Source: the human T2T-CHM13v2.0 reference genome, Homo sapiens
DNA length: 64,000 nt
Reading direction: 5' to 3' (one strand)
Assembly (NCBI RefSeq): GCF_009914755.1
Contig: NC_060933.1
Each line of letters starts with the position of its first letter. The first letter of the stretch is position 1. The notes beneath the pieces were generated by a model, which searched no databases, had not been told where the DNA came from, and saw only the letters and a list, made by a program, of their open reading frames with translations. Position numbers and translations under genes: made by a program. Of this stretch, positions 43,641 to 56,861 are shown piece after piece.

Positions 43641-44444
43641 CTAAGGGATGAAAACTGTGAATTGATATACACACCCAGAGCCTCCACCAGCAGCCATAAA
43701 GTTTGCAGCCGAGACAAAGTAAGTTATTTAACTGATTTTATAGCAGTTCTGCCTTGCTTCTATTATACTAACAACTGGGCATTGTCCTCTTGGTGTAGCT
43801 GTAAGGGCTGTTATATGGTAAAGCAATTAATTATCTGCCTTTTGATATTTTCTCTTTGCTCTAGGAAGCCAAAATTGTTTTCTCTTTTTTTTTCAGTTCC
43901 ACCTGTAAAGGAAATGTATGAAAAATTAGTTCTACTAGGAAATTCTATGATACCTAGACTGTAAAAAAAAATTTATCTGGAATTTGCAAAATCTAGCATA
44001 ATGTTTTACTATAGAACTAATGTGTCATCATTGGATCTAATCTGGCTGCCATTTATTTCTCTTCAGAGAAGCAGACTTGTTTCTTGTTCTCGATGAAATA
44101 TGTCTTAAATTCTGAATGCACTGTGCTGTGTTGCATTCGTCATTACATAGCTACAGGGAATGAAAATGAAAACAACCAATTTTCTTAATTAAAGAGTTCT
44201 AGTAAGACAAGCATTGCTCTATGCACCACTTTTCATTTGTCTTGGCAAATAGTAACGACAATAATAACAATACTATGAATTTAGACAGTTCCTTTCTTCC
44301 AAGAAGTTCAAAGCTCTAATGCGTCATGAGAACAGACACACAGGTAGTAGTAAACTTGGAAAGGAGAAATAAATGTTATGTGTGCCATATTAAAACACAA
44401 AAACAAAACCACAATTTATTTGATGAATATTTTTTCTTCAGATG

Positions 44445-44700
44445 GATGCAGTATGGTGTGAGAAAGAAAAAGAAAAACACACAGAACTTAAGACGCAGAT
44501 GTGTGTGAACCTCAGCCCTGCCACAAACTAGCTGGGGGTCCAGCCTTAAACAACTTTCAGCCTTGCTAAGTCTCAAGATTCTCACCTATAACAGAGAAAT
44601 AGTGAATATCTGTCTCATATGATTATCATTGTGATAAAGTAAGTTATGTAAGGCACTTTATAGGTCACAAAGTCTCATAGCACAAATGTTACATTATTGT
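44445..44700 (+). mobile_element. MIR
   Basis: gcagtatggtgtg...cagccctgccacaaactagctg...agtctcaagattctcacctataa...atgtaaggcacttta. Confidence 0.75.
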
Positions 44701-45070
44701 TTTCTTACAATGCAAGTAGAAAAAGTTTCAAGCAAGCTAACTTGCACAGCTGCACATCATCCCATCATTCTCCACAACCCATCCTCAGCTTTTATTCTCC
44801 AATTCTTGCACTGGTACCTGGAATGTTCATCAATCTTTATTGAAATGGGATGAATTAAATTCTACTAAATTTATATTCTTTACACAGATTCATAAAAACA
44901 ACAGATATGGCAATATGATGTCCCATACCTTTTAATTCTAGGAGATCAGCTTTATAACCCACATGAACAGAGGCAGCTCCAAATTAACTTAACAGTAAGG
45001 ATTTAGGAGGCTAAAAATTCTTCAAATGTCTTTAGAATTCAATAGAACACTTGCTTTTAAATTCAATTAA

Positions 45071-45617
<547 letters not shown>

Positions 45618-46764
45618 TTCCACATCTCTTATCTAATTTGATCCTCATAGTAGTTTCCCATTCTACAGATGATGAGACTGAGTCATAGACCAATTATGTC
45701 ACTTGATCATAAGCAATGAGGTTAGGACTAAAAACACAGTTCTTCATTGCCTGAAAATGATAATAACTCCAGGAATAGAAAAGTACCATGAAAGTACCCT
45801 CAGCTTTAAGCATTACACCAATAAATAAATGATTCGTTTGGCTGACTATATGAGCAAAGGAAGAGTAGCTTCACCAACACTGCCAACAAAAACTGAATAG
45901 CACAGCCAGCCTTTTGAACTTGGCCTACTCAGTACCTCAGACAAAGTCTGGGTGTAGGTTTAATAGTTATGGGTTGGTGGTGGAGGTTGATTAGGTTTTT
46001 TGGTTTGGTTTGGTTTTGATTTTGTTTTGTGGATTTGATTTTCTTTTCCCTAAAACTGAACTAACAATTATTTGACTAACTGACCAAATGAACTAGCGGT
46101 TTTGGCATCAAAAAGACATAACCTAAAAATAGAAAAGGAAACAAAGAAATAGAACAAGAAATAATGGGGTTAAGATGAAAATATAATGGACATTAAAATC
46201 AGACAGCAAAAAAGAAACAATAAGGAAATAAAGCACATAGATATTGCCCCTAAAGTAAGTATGTACTCCTAGAAAGCTGAAAAAAAGATAATTTTAAAGC
46301 ATTTAATCACTTTTATACTTTTTACTTAATTGTTTTTGTTTCTTTGGGGAGGGGAAACAATGATAAAATGGAAAATAAATTTTAAATAATCACCCAAGAT
46401 GCTGATATAAAATGTATTATTTATTTTATATTTAAACATTTCTAAATGACTTTAGGATGGATTACATATACTTTTTCCAAGTCCTTGATGAAAAGAGTAA
46501 CTGCTTTGTGATTTATCTTTGTGTAAGTACAGTCTTCCACGTAGCAGATTTGTTTAGAATAAAATTCAGGCTGGTAGCAAATCCTTCCTGGGCTTCCCTG
46601 TGGCTCCTAGCACATTTCTCTGTGCAATGTCACAGAAAGAGCCAGACTGGAATAAGCAGCTCTCTCTTCCAAAGAAGCACTTATAAAAGTATATATACAA
46701 CATGGACCGTCATGACTATCATCAGCCTTCCTACAAAAGATGCAAAACTTCCTTATAGAAAAAT

Positions 46765-46992
46765 CTACCACACATTGAGAGCTTTGTGTTAGTCAGATAC
46801 AATGCAAAGTCCTGAATATAATTTTTATTTTTATATAACCTTACAACAACCTCTGTGACTAGGTACTCATATTCTCACTTGACAGTGGAGGAAATTGAAA
46901 CTAAAAGAAGTTCAGTAAGCAGCCTGTGATCAGAGGGCACACAAGTGTTGGAATTGGGATATAAACCCAAGTGTTCCAAGTTCCAAAGCCAT
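46765..46992 (-). mobile_element. MIR
   Basis: ccttacaacaacctctgtgactaggtact...ggaggaaattgaaac. Confidence 0.7.
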
Positions 46993-47339
46993 TTTGGATG
47001 TGGTCACTGCTTTAGAAGCAAAGAGCATGGTCATGCCACTGTCATCTGCAGGCACACCACCAGGGCCAAAGTCCAACAATCCCGGATGTCAGTTTTCACA
47101 GAATTGGACTTGATCCTAGGAGAGAGCTTAGTGAGTTCCAAAGAATGGCAGATTGGCATGTACTTCAGAATAGTCATCTACTTTGTAATCACTCTCCCAG
47201 CATCATTTTAATGTCACTCCCTTCTCTATTTCTGCCTTTAGTTTTTATACTGAGAGGTTAACCCAAAATATACTATGTTATCTTGCAGGGAGACAGTGTG
47301 GGAAGGCAGTAAGAACGTGCACTCACTCTGTGGAAAGTA

Positions 47340-47605
47340 ATAAGGATAACAACAGTGACTAGCTATGAGGCACTGTCCTGGGGCGTCATTGATGCATTCT
47401 CTTCTAATCTTCAGCTATTCCATGGTGTATTTATCATCTCCTCACATAACAGATTAGGAACTTGAGCTCGGAGGAACTTCCGGAGTTTGGCTCCAGGCTC
47501 CTTCACTCACTCCCCGAATGACCTTGAGTAGCTTGGTCAAGCTACTCAACCTCCTGAAGCCTCAGTTTATCATCTATACCAAACTCATGGAACTACTGCA
47601 AATAT
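47340..47605. mobile_element. Two MIR halves in opposite orientation (minus 47340-47478, plus 47482-47605)
   Basis: acagattaggaacttgagctcggagg, then gaatgaccttgagta...aacctcctgaagcctcagtttatcatcta. Confidence 0.6.
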
Positions 47606-47693
47606 ATAGAGTAATCTTGACACACAAAGGCTGTTTGTCTTACTCTGTTCAATACATCTTTTCAACATCTAACAGAGTGCCTTAAAGTAGTAG

Positions 47694-48172
47694 TGAGGTA
47701 GGAGACCAGCAGGACTTTTTTTCCTAGTCCAGACAGGATGAAGTGGAAAAAACAGCCAGAACCAGCAGGTGGCGCTGAAAGAGATTGCTAGTTGCCCTCA
47801 TTGCTCATTAGCATAATATATTCCCACCAGTGCCATGACAGTTTACAAATGCCATGGCAATGACCCGAAAGTTACCTCCTGTTTCCATGACAATGACTTC
47901 AAAGTTACTACTCCTCTTCTAGAAAGTTCTGCATAAACGACTCCTTGATTTGCATGTAATTAAAAATTAGTATAAATCCAGCTAGCCAATAGCACGAGTG
48001 CTAACTCTGGGCACATGGCCTTGAGTTAGCCATTATCCACAAAGAGCAACTCCAATTCAATAAGACATTGCTGTCTAACACCACTGGCTTGCCGTTTGGT
48101 TCTTTCCTGGGCAAGCCAAGAACCCTCCGCAGCTAAGCCCCAGTATTGGAGCTCACTTGCCTGCCTGCATCA
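47694..48172 (+). mobile_element. MER41-family (C/D/E-like) ERV1 solo LTR
   Basis: TG...CA ends (tgaggtaggagaccagcaggact...gcctgcatca); catgacagtttacaaatgccatggcaa; TATA at 47971-47976; degenerate poly(A) signal aataag; gccaagaaccctcc. Confidence 0.88.
47762..47777 (+). promoter_or_regulatory. Near-consensus CTCF motif inside the LTR
   Basis: CCAGCAGGTGGCGCTG with the CpG retained; motif match only. Confidence 0.6.
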
Positions 48173-48519
48173 GCAAAATTTGGTTATGGTTTAATTTGGT
48201 GTTGATATAGAGATTAGTTGATAGAAAGATGGAATGGTGTTGAAAGGATGATATGAAATGAACATTTGTGGATTAAATTCTCAGGAAGCAGGAGAGCCTG
48301 TCAGGCCTGTTGAAGAAGGAGCCCTGTGAACTGTGGCACTCATCTTCTCTGCCTTCAGCCTGCTTATCTGAGATACGAATTTAACTGCAGGTCGTTGGAG
48401 ATAGGAGAGAGGAGGATGGAAGAGCTCCTCCCCCACTGACTTCCCTCCATTGGTTAAAGTGTAAAACTCCTCCATTGTATGACCCCATTATGCTTTCTCC
48501 ACTTCATGTAGTAACATGA

Positions 48520-48885
48520 CCTGCAAAACCTGATGTGTTGTCCATTCCAGACCAATAGCTTTCTATGCCTCAAACCCCCCTTGATCTTTCAAACCTCTGT
48601 TGATTCCACTCCCTCATTTAGAATGCCCTTCCATCATTTCTTCTTGCCAAACTTCCAGATCCTCCTAGAAGAACTCAAATGGCATTTCTTTTCAGGACCT
48701 TCTTGGATTTTAGCACAGTTAACTAGATCAACCCAGCACAGTCTACATGGTGTCACACTAGATATAAATGTATGCCCCATACAACACACTCGAGGAATTA
48801 ATTTCGCCTTATTCCTCTCTGTATCCACAGCAGATGCCCCAGAGTCTGGCCCGGGATACTTCTTGTACAGCTGAAAAAAAATAAA
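48520..48885 (+). mobile_element. L2 3' region
   Basis: tagaatgcccttcc...aactcaaatggcatttctttt...cttattcctctctgtatccacagca. Confidence 0.6.
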
Positions 48886-49539
48886 ATGGGGTGAGATCAG
48901 AGTTCCCTTAACCTTGACCTCCGCAGTAGACCATAAAGCAAGTGTATGTTCCCCAGGGCGTCGACGCCTTTATCCTCGGCTCCCTTTCTGTTTCTGCTTT
49001 AAGTATTAACAAACTCAACACGGCTGTGGTTTGCCTTCCACGGCAATGGAAACTAGATTGGGTTAGAATTATTTTAATAGTGAAAATAGGAAGAACACTG
49101 GTGAGTCATCCTCCTTAGTCACCATGGGGCCAAAGTTTAGGACAAACCAAGAGGGAACTCTGCCCTTAACCACATCTGAAATGGAAAATGTCCACTGGCT
49201 CTCATCCCCACCATCCTTTACCATGATTCTTGGACTGGGTTCCATAGGAAGTGTTATAGAGCTGTTTTCCATTGGCATCGAGGTGAAGCATGGGTGGAAT
49301 GTACCACAGTGACGAAAAGGCAAGCAGTGAGGGTGCAACACAAGGTCCTAGAGTCACAGCCCTATTGTCAGCCGTCTTTTCCTGGTGTTTCTGTGGCCTG
49401 TCTCTAAAGGTACCAAATGCTTAGAAGGCTGAGTTGTAACCACCAACATTATTGTGTACACATATCTGTCCCCTTTCTCCTCGCAACAAGAGCAGAGAAA
49501 CTCTAAAATTAAGACAAACGAATTGGTACACTCTCATGA

Positions 49540-50135
49540 GTTAACATGTATCTATTGAGGGCCTATTATGAGCCAGGAGTTAGGCATAGAGGATACCATG
49601 GTAAGCAAATATATCCACAGCCCCTACCATCATGGCAAATAGCATTGGCATGAGTAGAGTGAACCCTGGAACCAAATCGCCCATCTAACCTGATTATCAA
49701 CTCTGCCATCTGTAATCCACAGAACCTTGAATAAATGGATTAGCCTCTCTATGCTTCAGTTTCCTCATCTGGAAAATGGGAAGGATAATAATAAATATCT
49801 ACCTTTTAGAGTCATTATAAACACTAAATAACACATGTAAAGCTCCTGAAAAATAGTAAACTCTCAGTAAATTTTAGTCATTTGCATTTTAGTGAAGGAC
49901 ACAAACATTAACCAAAATGACATCGAAAGAAACCGACGTGATTATAAATGAGCTACAAGTGGTATGATAGTGAAGGTGAACACTAGGCATGCCTATATGA
50001 GACTGGTGATCAAAAAAGACTTCCCTGGGGAAGTATATTGAAAAGGTGGGGTAGGAGTTGTTTAAGGCAGAAGCTCTGCGGTGAAGAATACAGAACACAT
50101 TCCAGAAACTGGAAAAGCAACGGAGCATCTCCCAC
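49540..50135 (-). mobile_element. L2 fragment split by a sense MIR (49650-49888)
   Basis: tctattgagggcctattatgagccagg [ctctctatgcttcagtttcctcatctggaaaatggg] aaaagacttccctggggaag. Confidence 0.7.
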
Positions 50136-50592
50136 AAGGTTTAAGGAGCCTGCTCCAACATGACATGAACAGATGAGCTCACATTGGATGGAAAGAGCAC
50201 CCACACAGCACACTCAGAGGGAGTCCGCAAAGGATGCAGAGTTGGCCCAGGTGCAGGTCTCCATGCTCCTCTACAACACAGGGCCCAATTTTCCACCCTG
50301 GACTCTGAGTGGTTTGGAATTATCACTGGAACCCTTGCGCAAAAACTGTTCAATGCTATTTTAGTGTGTTAGAGTATCTGTATGTGTTTCACAGAGTAAG
50401 AGAAAGGCAGGCACCTGAGTAAGGAGGAAATAGTCTGATCTCACTCTCCCTGCCCATAATTGGCCACTCCTTGCCTATGGCCATCACTTTCCCTATGGGC
50501 CCCTGAGGGAGAGACTCACTCACAGACAACTCTACTCCAGTGTGTTATGGGACTTGAGGAGACCATTTTCCCCTTTGAGAACTGAGTTTTGA

Positions 50593-50910
50593 GGCCTGGC
50601 CCAGTAACTCACACCCATAATCCCAGCACTTCAGGAGGCTAAGGCAGGAGAATTGCTTGAGGCCAGGAGTTCAAGACCAGCCTGGGCAACATAGTGTGGC
50701 CCTGTATTTACTAAAAATAAAAAAAAAAAATTTGCTAGATATGATGGCACATGACCGTAGTACCAGATACTCCTGAGGCTAAGGCAGGAGGATGGTTTGA
50801 ACCCAGAAATGGTGACTGCAGTGAGCTGTGATTGCACCATTGCACCCCTGTCTGGGTGACAGAGCAAGACCCTGTCTCAAAAAAGGAAATAATAAGAAGA
50901 AGAGGAAGAA
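50593..50910 (+). mobile_element. AluJ, diverged
   Basis: ttgcttgaggccaggagttcaagaccagcctgggcaacatag...gcagtgagctgtgattgcacca...gaccctgtctcaaaaaa. Confidence 0.92.
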
Positions 50911-51124
50911 GAATTGAATCAGGTAAAGTCAAAGACCTTGTGTAAAGCCCCAGTTCCATTCACTATTCGTGACACAGCCCACTTTCCCATTTTTCTACCT
51001 CTTCTGCTTTAGATTCACATATCGGCAGATGTGGAAACACCTTCATTTTACTTAGTGGATATGAGGTGAATAACGTGCCAAGATTGGAAGAGGGAGAGGA
51101 GGAGAGAGAGTTTGGGCTCCTAAT

Positions 51125-51295
51125 CAGGATGGATCAGCTGAGGCCCTGTGCAAAATTAAAATGCGAGACCCCTTTCTTAAAAAGTTAAGAATTTCAAGAT
51201 GGCAAAAACACAGCATTCAGTCAAACACAGAGCCCTCTGAGCACAGGCTCAGTGCAACTGCAGGGTCACACACCCATGTAGCCTCCTGGCTCTGG
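51125..51295 (-). mobile_element. MER91A (hAT MITE)
   Basis: ggccctgtgcaaaattaaaatgcgagacccct...ttaagaatttcaagatggca...gtcacacacccatgtagcc. Confidence 0.8.
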
Positions 51296-52910
51296 ATCTA
51301 ATGCCCTTTCCTCTGTTACCTGCTGACTTCTCCTTTCTCCTCATTCCCATTCCCAGCCTCCATAGATTCTAAGTAACAAAGAAATAAATGCTATGTTTAA
51401 GTTTGAAAGACTGATTGGATTTATGAGAGAAAACTATGCAATCTCTGGGGAAAAAATGAAAAACAATTGAAGAACATCATCTCTTTTAATTTTTTTTTTT
51501 TTTTTTACCCTCTTCAAAGTTCTCTTTACTTCCAAGAAACGGCCATGTGAGCAGAAAAAAAAAGGCCAGGATACAAAATTCAGTAGGTTGGAGATTTGGG
51601 AATAAATCACACATTGAATTTTCTAAATAAAAGTCAGCATGTCCCTATGTACAACAGAGAATACCCCGGGCCCCAGAGAACAGCTCTGGACAGTTCCTAT
51701 TTCTGGATTCCTGAGTGGGTTACTAATAAAGACCATCCACATTCAACAAGACAAAGTGAGATGCGGTCAATACAAAGCCCTGCCATTAGGTGGGTCACAG
51801 CCCTGATGGAATCAGCCGAGCTGAAAAAGCCCAGGTTGAGAGGGGCCGGTTGACATGATGCTTGTCACAGGGCAAAGGTCTCACAGGCCTGGCAAATAAA
51901 GTTAAAGGTACCACAGCTGGCTATATCAACAAAGGTATAAAGGCCATGGCATGGAAGGTGAAATTCTGTTCTACGTGAGCATTAAGAATGCGGAGCTGTA
52001 GGTAGGATGTTCTCTGCTTTAAGTCCTTCATCATAAGTGGTAAAGGATAAGAACATGGAGAAGTGTTGTAGGTCAGGATGGAGGAAGATCTCAAAATGGC
52101 AGCACCCATGGAAGAAGCTCTTCATCTGAAGAAGAGCAATCTCAAGGAAGTCCTGGGCGGCTTTGAAAGGCTGTCAGGAGGAAGCTGGATTCAGCATATT
52201 CAGTGTAGCTCAGGAAATCAAGAGATGTGGGTGGGTGAGTGGTATACACAGGAAGACAGGACAGGGACCTGTTCCTGGAAGTGGACGCAATGGGCACCTG
52301 TCCATGCTATATCAAATGCAGAGTTCTGCTGGATGGGACCCCCGGGTCCTCTTCAAAGTCTATGAACTCCTGGGAATCAAACACAAGAAAAGAGAGGGGA
52401 TGTCTTGAGTCTTGAGGTGACCTAGTTCACAATCAAAAGCAACATATCTTAATGATTTTATAGTATCAAGGATGATAAGGGGGAGGGGAGCACAACATCA
52501 AGAAAGGGTTAACTGGAAGAACACAGGTTGGACACTTTACAAATTGAGAGAAGAGGTGCCCAGACACTGCTGCGGGCACACGATAGGTACTTGCTAGGAC
52601 CAGGGCCAGGACAGATTGTTGGCTTAACACCGAGTCATCCTCAGGTTACCTAAGGCCGGCCTGGAATGAGGGAGTGGTGGCTGTTCTCCAAAGACATTTG
52701 TGTTGACCAGTCTTGAGCACAGATAATCAGCAGCAGCAACTTTTGGCTGTGATAAGGAAGAAATTTTTAAAAAGCTGTCTGCGTGTCTGCATGTTTTTTT
52801 GTTTTGGTTTGGTTTGCTTTTTTGCAAAACCTGGGTCCTGTTGCCTTTTACAATCATGTAGTGCCTTTGTCAAGACAGTCTGATTCCTTGTTTGTTTTCT
52901 TTGGATTACT

Positions 52911-54515
52911 CCACCCTGCTGTGGGAAAATTAACTCTTTGGCATGCCCACACGTATACATCCATGTAGACATCCACCCCCAGCAACGAATCCTCAGGAGC
53001 CCCACCAAGGCTACCAGGTTAAAGGAAGAGCTTAAAGTCCAATTAAAGTCTAATGAGCTCTGCTAATTGAGATTATTCTTGCAAATTGGTTAAAATTCTA
53101 ATGAGTTGGCCTTAAACGGAACCTCCAGTGGATGTTTACTCTGGCTCTGCCCCAGCAAATTTGTAAGACAAATGCAATATCCCTGTCCTCACCAGCCTCA
53201 GTGAGAACGGGGGATAACATTACTGAATGCCAGATAGTCACAAGCATTAATCATCATCTTAGACTGCTAAAATGCTGTCAGCTACTGATACAAAAACTGA
53301 GATTGAACACAATGGGTGTTTTCTAGGAAAGATGCATCTGCCATCTGCTAGGCACTGAGCTAGGGGCTTTTGGAACTTAGAGCACACTCAGATAGACACT
53401 TGCCTGATTTGATCAGAATTCCCAAAGTAATCCTGTGTTGGGGAAAAGGGAGTCAAGAAAGAGGGATAGCAGGGGGGAGGGAGGGAGAGTTAGCCAACTA
53501 TTCTTTCTGCTCCAGAGAGCAACATCCTTACAGCAAGATTTGGAGTTCATTCATTTTAGATTCTAGCTACAATATTACAGAGGATTTACAAATAGAGATT
53601 ATAAATTAGTTACGTCAATTAAATATATGCATGTGTGTTTTAATCTAGCAGTAGTCTCCAGTGGGGGAAACGAAAGAGCCTCAATGAATCATGGCCTTCG
53701 GAGTCCCAGACAAGGAATGAGTTAAGTACTCACTGCTCCATCCCCTAAGTCTACAGGAGACACAAGACATCAAGCATCACATGATGTTTCTTTTGAAGGC
53801 TCTCTCACTCAGATTGAGAGAACAAAAGCACCAGGGAATGAAGACAGCTTTCTCCACAGAATATGTCACTCTCCTGGGGGTTCAGCCTCCAGCTCTGACG
53901 TAGCTTAGAAGCGGGTATTTGATTAATGCCGGCAGAACCAGACCTGCAGTCTCTCAGTAGGTCTGGCAGAGGTGGCCCAGTACCTTGCTTTGGGATGTGA
54001 ACCAATTGTGCTTTTCTCCTCCTCTGGGATTTTTGCTGAAATTCCAAGGAAAGTGGGAGAACCATGTTTAATATCCTGTCACATAGAATTATGACCCTCT
54101 TAGTCAGAAATCCTAAGTGCAACCAAGTGAATCCCTCCATCTAATTTAAGCAGAAACGAGATCTGTTGAAGTAGTACACAGAAACTCTGAAGAGAGCCAA
54201 GAATTCAGTCTGGAGTCTACACGGAGGAGCAACACCCAAACCTCTACCAAACTAGGTCTCAGACTCTTTCCAGAGAAGATGGAGTAGAATTTGTAGTGTA
54301 AAATATCTCAGATATGTAAGAAGAGTATATTAAAAGTTTATGAGCAGTCACAAACAGGGCAATTTTCTTTCCATTCAGTTTAACTAACAAGACACTTAGG
54401 GATAAAAGTTTCCAAGACGGAGCCACAATTTACCTATTCCAGCCTCTAAAACTATCCTATTTCCACACCACCCTGCTGTGGGAAAATTAACACTGGCATG
54501 TCCACACGTATACAT
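52911..54515 (+). repeat. Dispersed ~50-bp direct repeat (52911-52960 and 54468-54515)
   Basis: ccaccctgctgtgggaaaattaactctttggcatgcccacacgtatacat / ccaccctgctgtgggaaaattaacactggcatgtccacacgtatacat. Confidence 0.93.
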
Positions 54516-54859
54516 GCCACCTATAGAAAACAAAGCGGCTCTCAATAAAGTCATGTCTTTGACATATTCATTGTCCTTCTAGATTCTAGAAACGTATTAA
54601 CCTGGTTTTTTTTTTTTTAAAAAAAGCCCTAAACTTTATTCTTGAAGTAGAGTTTCTAAAATGAACCCTATTTTATCTTTGCTAAAATGGTTTTAACAGC
54701 AGTCTCCCCTTGAAATGAACTTTTTTTTCAGTTATCCCTTTTCTTATGATTATTTCACTGAAAATGAATTTAAGATCATTAAAGCAGATATCTAGATACA
54801 TTTTTACTGAGCTTCATATTCATCAAAAACAAAGCTCTGTACATGGATAAAGTAATTTT

Positions 54860-55290
54860 TCCTATACACAGATAATTACTATAGCAATTAAACTGAAGTA
54901 AATGTGGTGAAAGAGAAGCGTGGTTTAAATGCTGCAGGAGTGTAGGCCTGAGAGATCATCTAACTGAAGAAAGAATAGAAGGTTTCAGACAACAGGTATT
55001 ATCCATGGTGACCTTAAAAGACACATAGGATTTCAACAGGAGAAAGGGATGAAGGGAATTCCAAGTAGAGGGAGAAGTGTGAACCAGGTAAGAAGCCAAA
55101 TGGTGGATAAAGACGCACAATAGAGAAAAGGACTGGAAATAGCAATTGAAGACCTTGAATACCCAGCTAACAAATTTGACCTCATTCAGTAAACACTGGA
55201 GAGTCCTGATTTTTCATCACCGGAAGGAACTGTCAGATCTGGGCTTTAAAAGACCAGTTTAATTGCAAGTGTCCTGTGGGCTAGATAAGA
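54860..55290 (-). mobile_element. L2 internal fragment
   Basis: gaccttaaaagacacataggatttcaacagg...gaagaccttgaatacccagctaa...gtcagatctgggctttaaaagacc. Confidence 0.65.
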
Positions 55291-55339
55291 TCTGGGCTTT
55301 AAAAGACTAATTCAATTACAAGTGTCCTATGGGCTAATA
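55235..55339. repeat. 53-bp tandem duplication
   Basis: agatctgggctttaaaagaccagtttaattgcaagtgtcctgtgggctagata / agatctgggctttaaaagactaattcaattacaagtgtcctatgggctaata. Confidence 0.92.
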
Positions 55340-55784
55340 AGCAGACCAGATCTGAAACAAATTTGACCAGATCACCAGAACCAATTTTCTTTAAAATATC
55401 CCCATCCTCTGGAAAAATTGGCAAAATTAGAAAAGGATTTTCTCAGTAGAAAAAATGCTTTCAACAACCTTTGGAAAGATAAAATCATGGATAAATTACC
55501 ATATATTTGTCACAGGAAGTAGACCAGGCATTTTAGCTTGGTGTAAATTTCTGAGCCATGAAATTATTGAATATTGCTATGAAAGTCTTTTAGAAACTAC
55601 TTTATCAAACCCCTTCATATGGTATCTGGAAAAACCAGGATCCACAAGGAAGCCATTTGGGCTTGTGCAGTAGAGTAAAACTTAGTGTGTGTTAAATGCA
55701 GGGTCTACTAATGAAAGACCAGTGTTTAGCATTCTTCTGTGCTCATCTGTCCAATGATAGGGACAAATACTCTTTTTCATACAG

Positions 55785-56022
55785 GGCCATATAGTACAGT
55801 GGAGGTCTGTGTTCAAATCCCAGATTCTCCACTTAATTCTTGGGTGAGCAAGTGACCAACTGTCTGTTTCTATTTCCTTTTCTCTAAAAAAACGTTGGCG
55901 GGGGAAAATGAGTACCTGTTTTATAGGGCTGTTGTGGGGATTAAGTGAACTAATTTATATAAAGTTCTTAGAACAATGACTAGCCCAGAGTAAGTGCTCC
56001 ATCAGTGTTAGTCATTCTTATT
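55785..56022 (+). mobile_element. MIR
   Basis: gttcaaatcccagattctccactta...atagggctgttgtggggattaagtga...aaagttcttagaaca. Confidence 0.8.
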
Positions 56023-56861
56023 TATAGAAAGAATATCAGAACCAGAGCTCTTCCAGAATAGAAGCAGTTGCTTCAACCAGCAGGAAATGTTCTGTTGATG
56101 GACAAGTCCAAGCCCCAAAGCCTCACCAGGATGGTGGCCTAGCATCACATGGTCTAGGTTAGGAGGTCTACCTGCCCTACACAATGTCTCAGTCTTTGAA
56201 ATAAGAATAAAATGATGAGTGTTACAGTTTTATGGAACAAAGTAAGAATCCAATAACAATTCAGTGTTCCATTTAAACCATATCATGCAAAGTAAATCAT
56301 TTATCTCATTTTATAGATAGGAATCTGAGATATGCACACATTGAGGGTCTTTTGACTACAACTCCAGGGTCTTTCTCCTGCTGAACCCTGTGTGGCCGTG
56401 GAACAATCATAAGTGAACATAATATACAAGATGTAGGACATGGGCCCGACAAGAGAATCAACACGTCTCTAAGTGCAGACAAAATCATAAGAATTACAGG
56501 GGCTCCTAGATTGGAGAGGCCTTAACCAGGGCTTTGGAATTATGGCAGCAAAAGAATCTCTTTGGTGAAACTGCATCTTAAAAACACTATGTAGAATCGA
56601 ATCTGGATGCAATGCTAGCATTCAGAACAAAACCCAGTTATTGGATACTTAATATAAGTTAAATATTCAATTATGAAGTTTTATGCACACTAAGGAATTG
56701 CTTGCTATCTCTTTAGTAATTGATGTATTTCCATACCCGATCAGAAACTAAATCAGCTCTCCACTTTCCAGGACATAAAACTTTCCAATTTGTTTGCATT
56801 TCAAAAAATTGCTCACACACACACATTTGAATTATGACTCATGAAAAGAGAAATAACAATA

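Noticed and set aside
52078-52408. 95-aa ORF with a nearby YY1-like motif (caaaatggcagc) and a gtgagt donor
   Set aside because: No recognisable homology, promoter context or partner exons; consistent with chance
54085-54260. Possible ancient MaLR (MLT1) LTR fragment between the 50-bp repeats
   Set aside because: Similarity too weak to call by eye, and it would not explain 50-bp flanking repeats because MaLR TSDs are 5 bp
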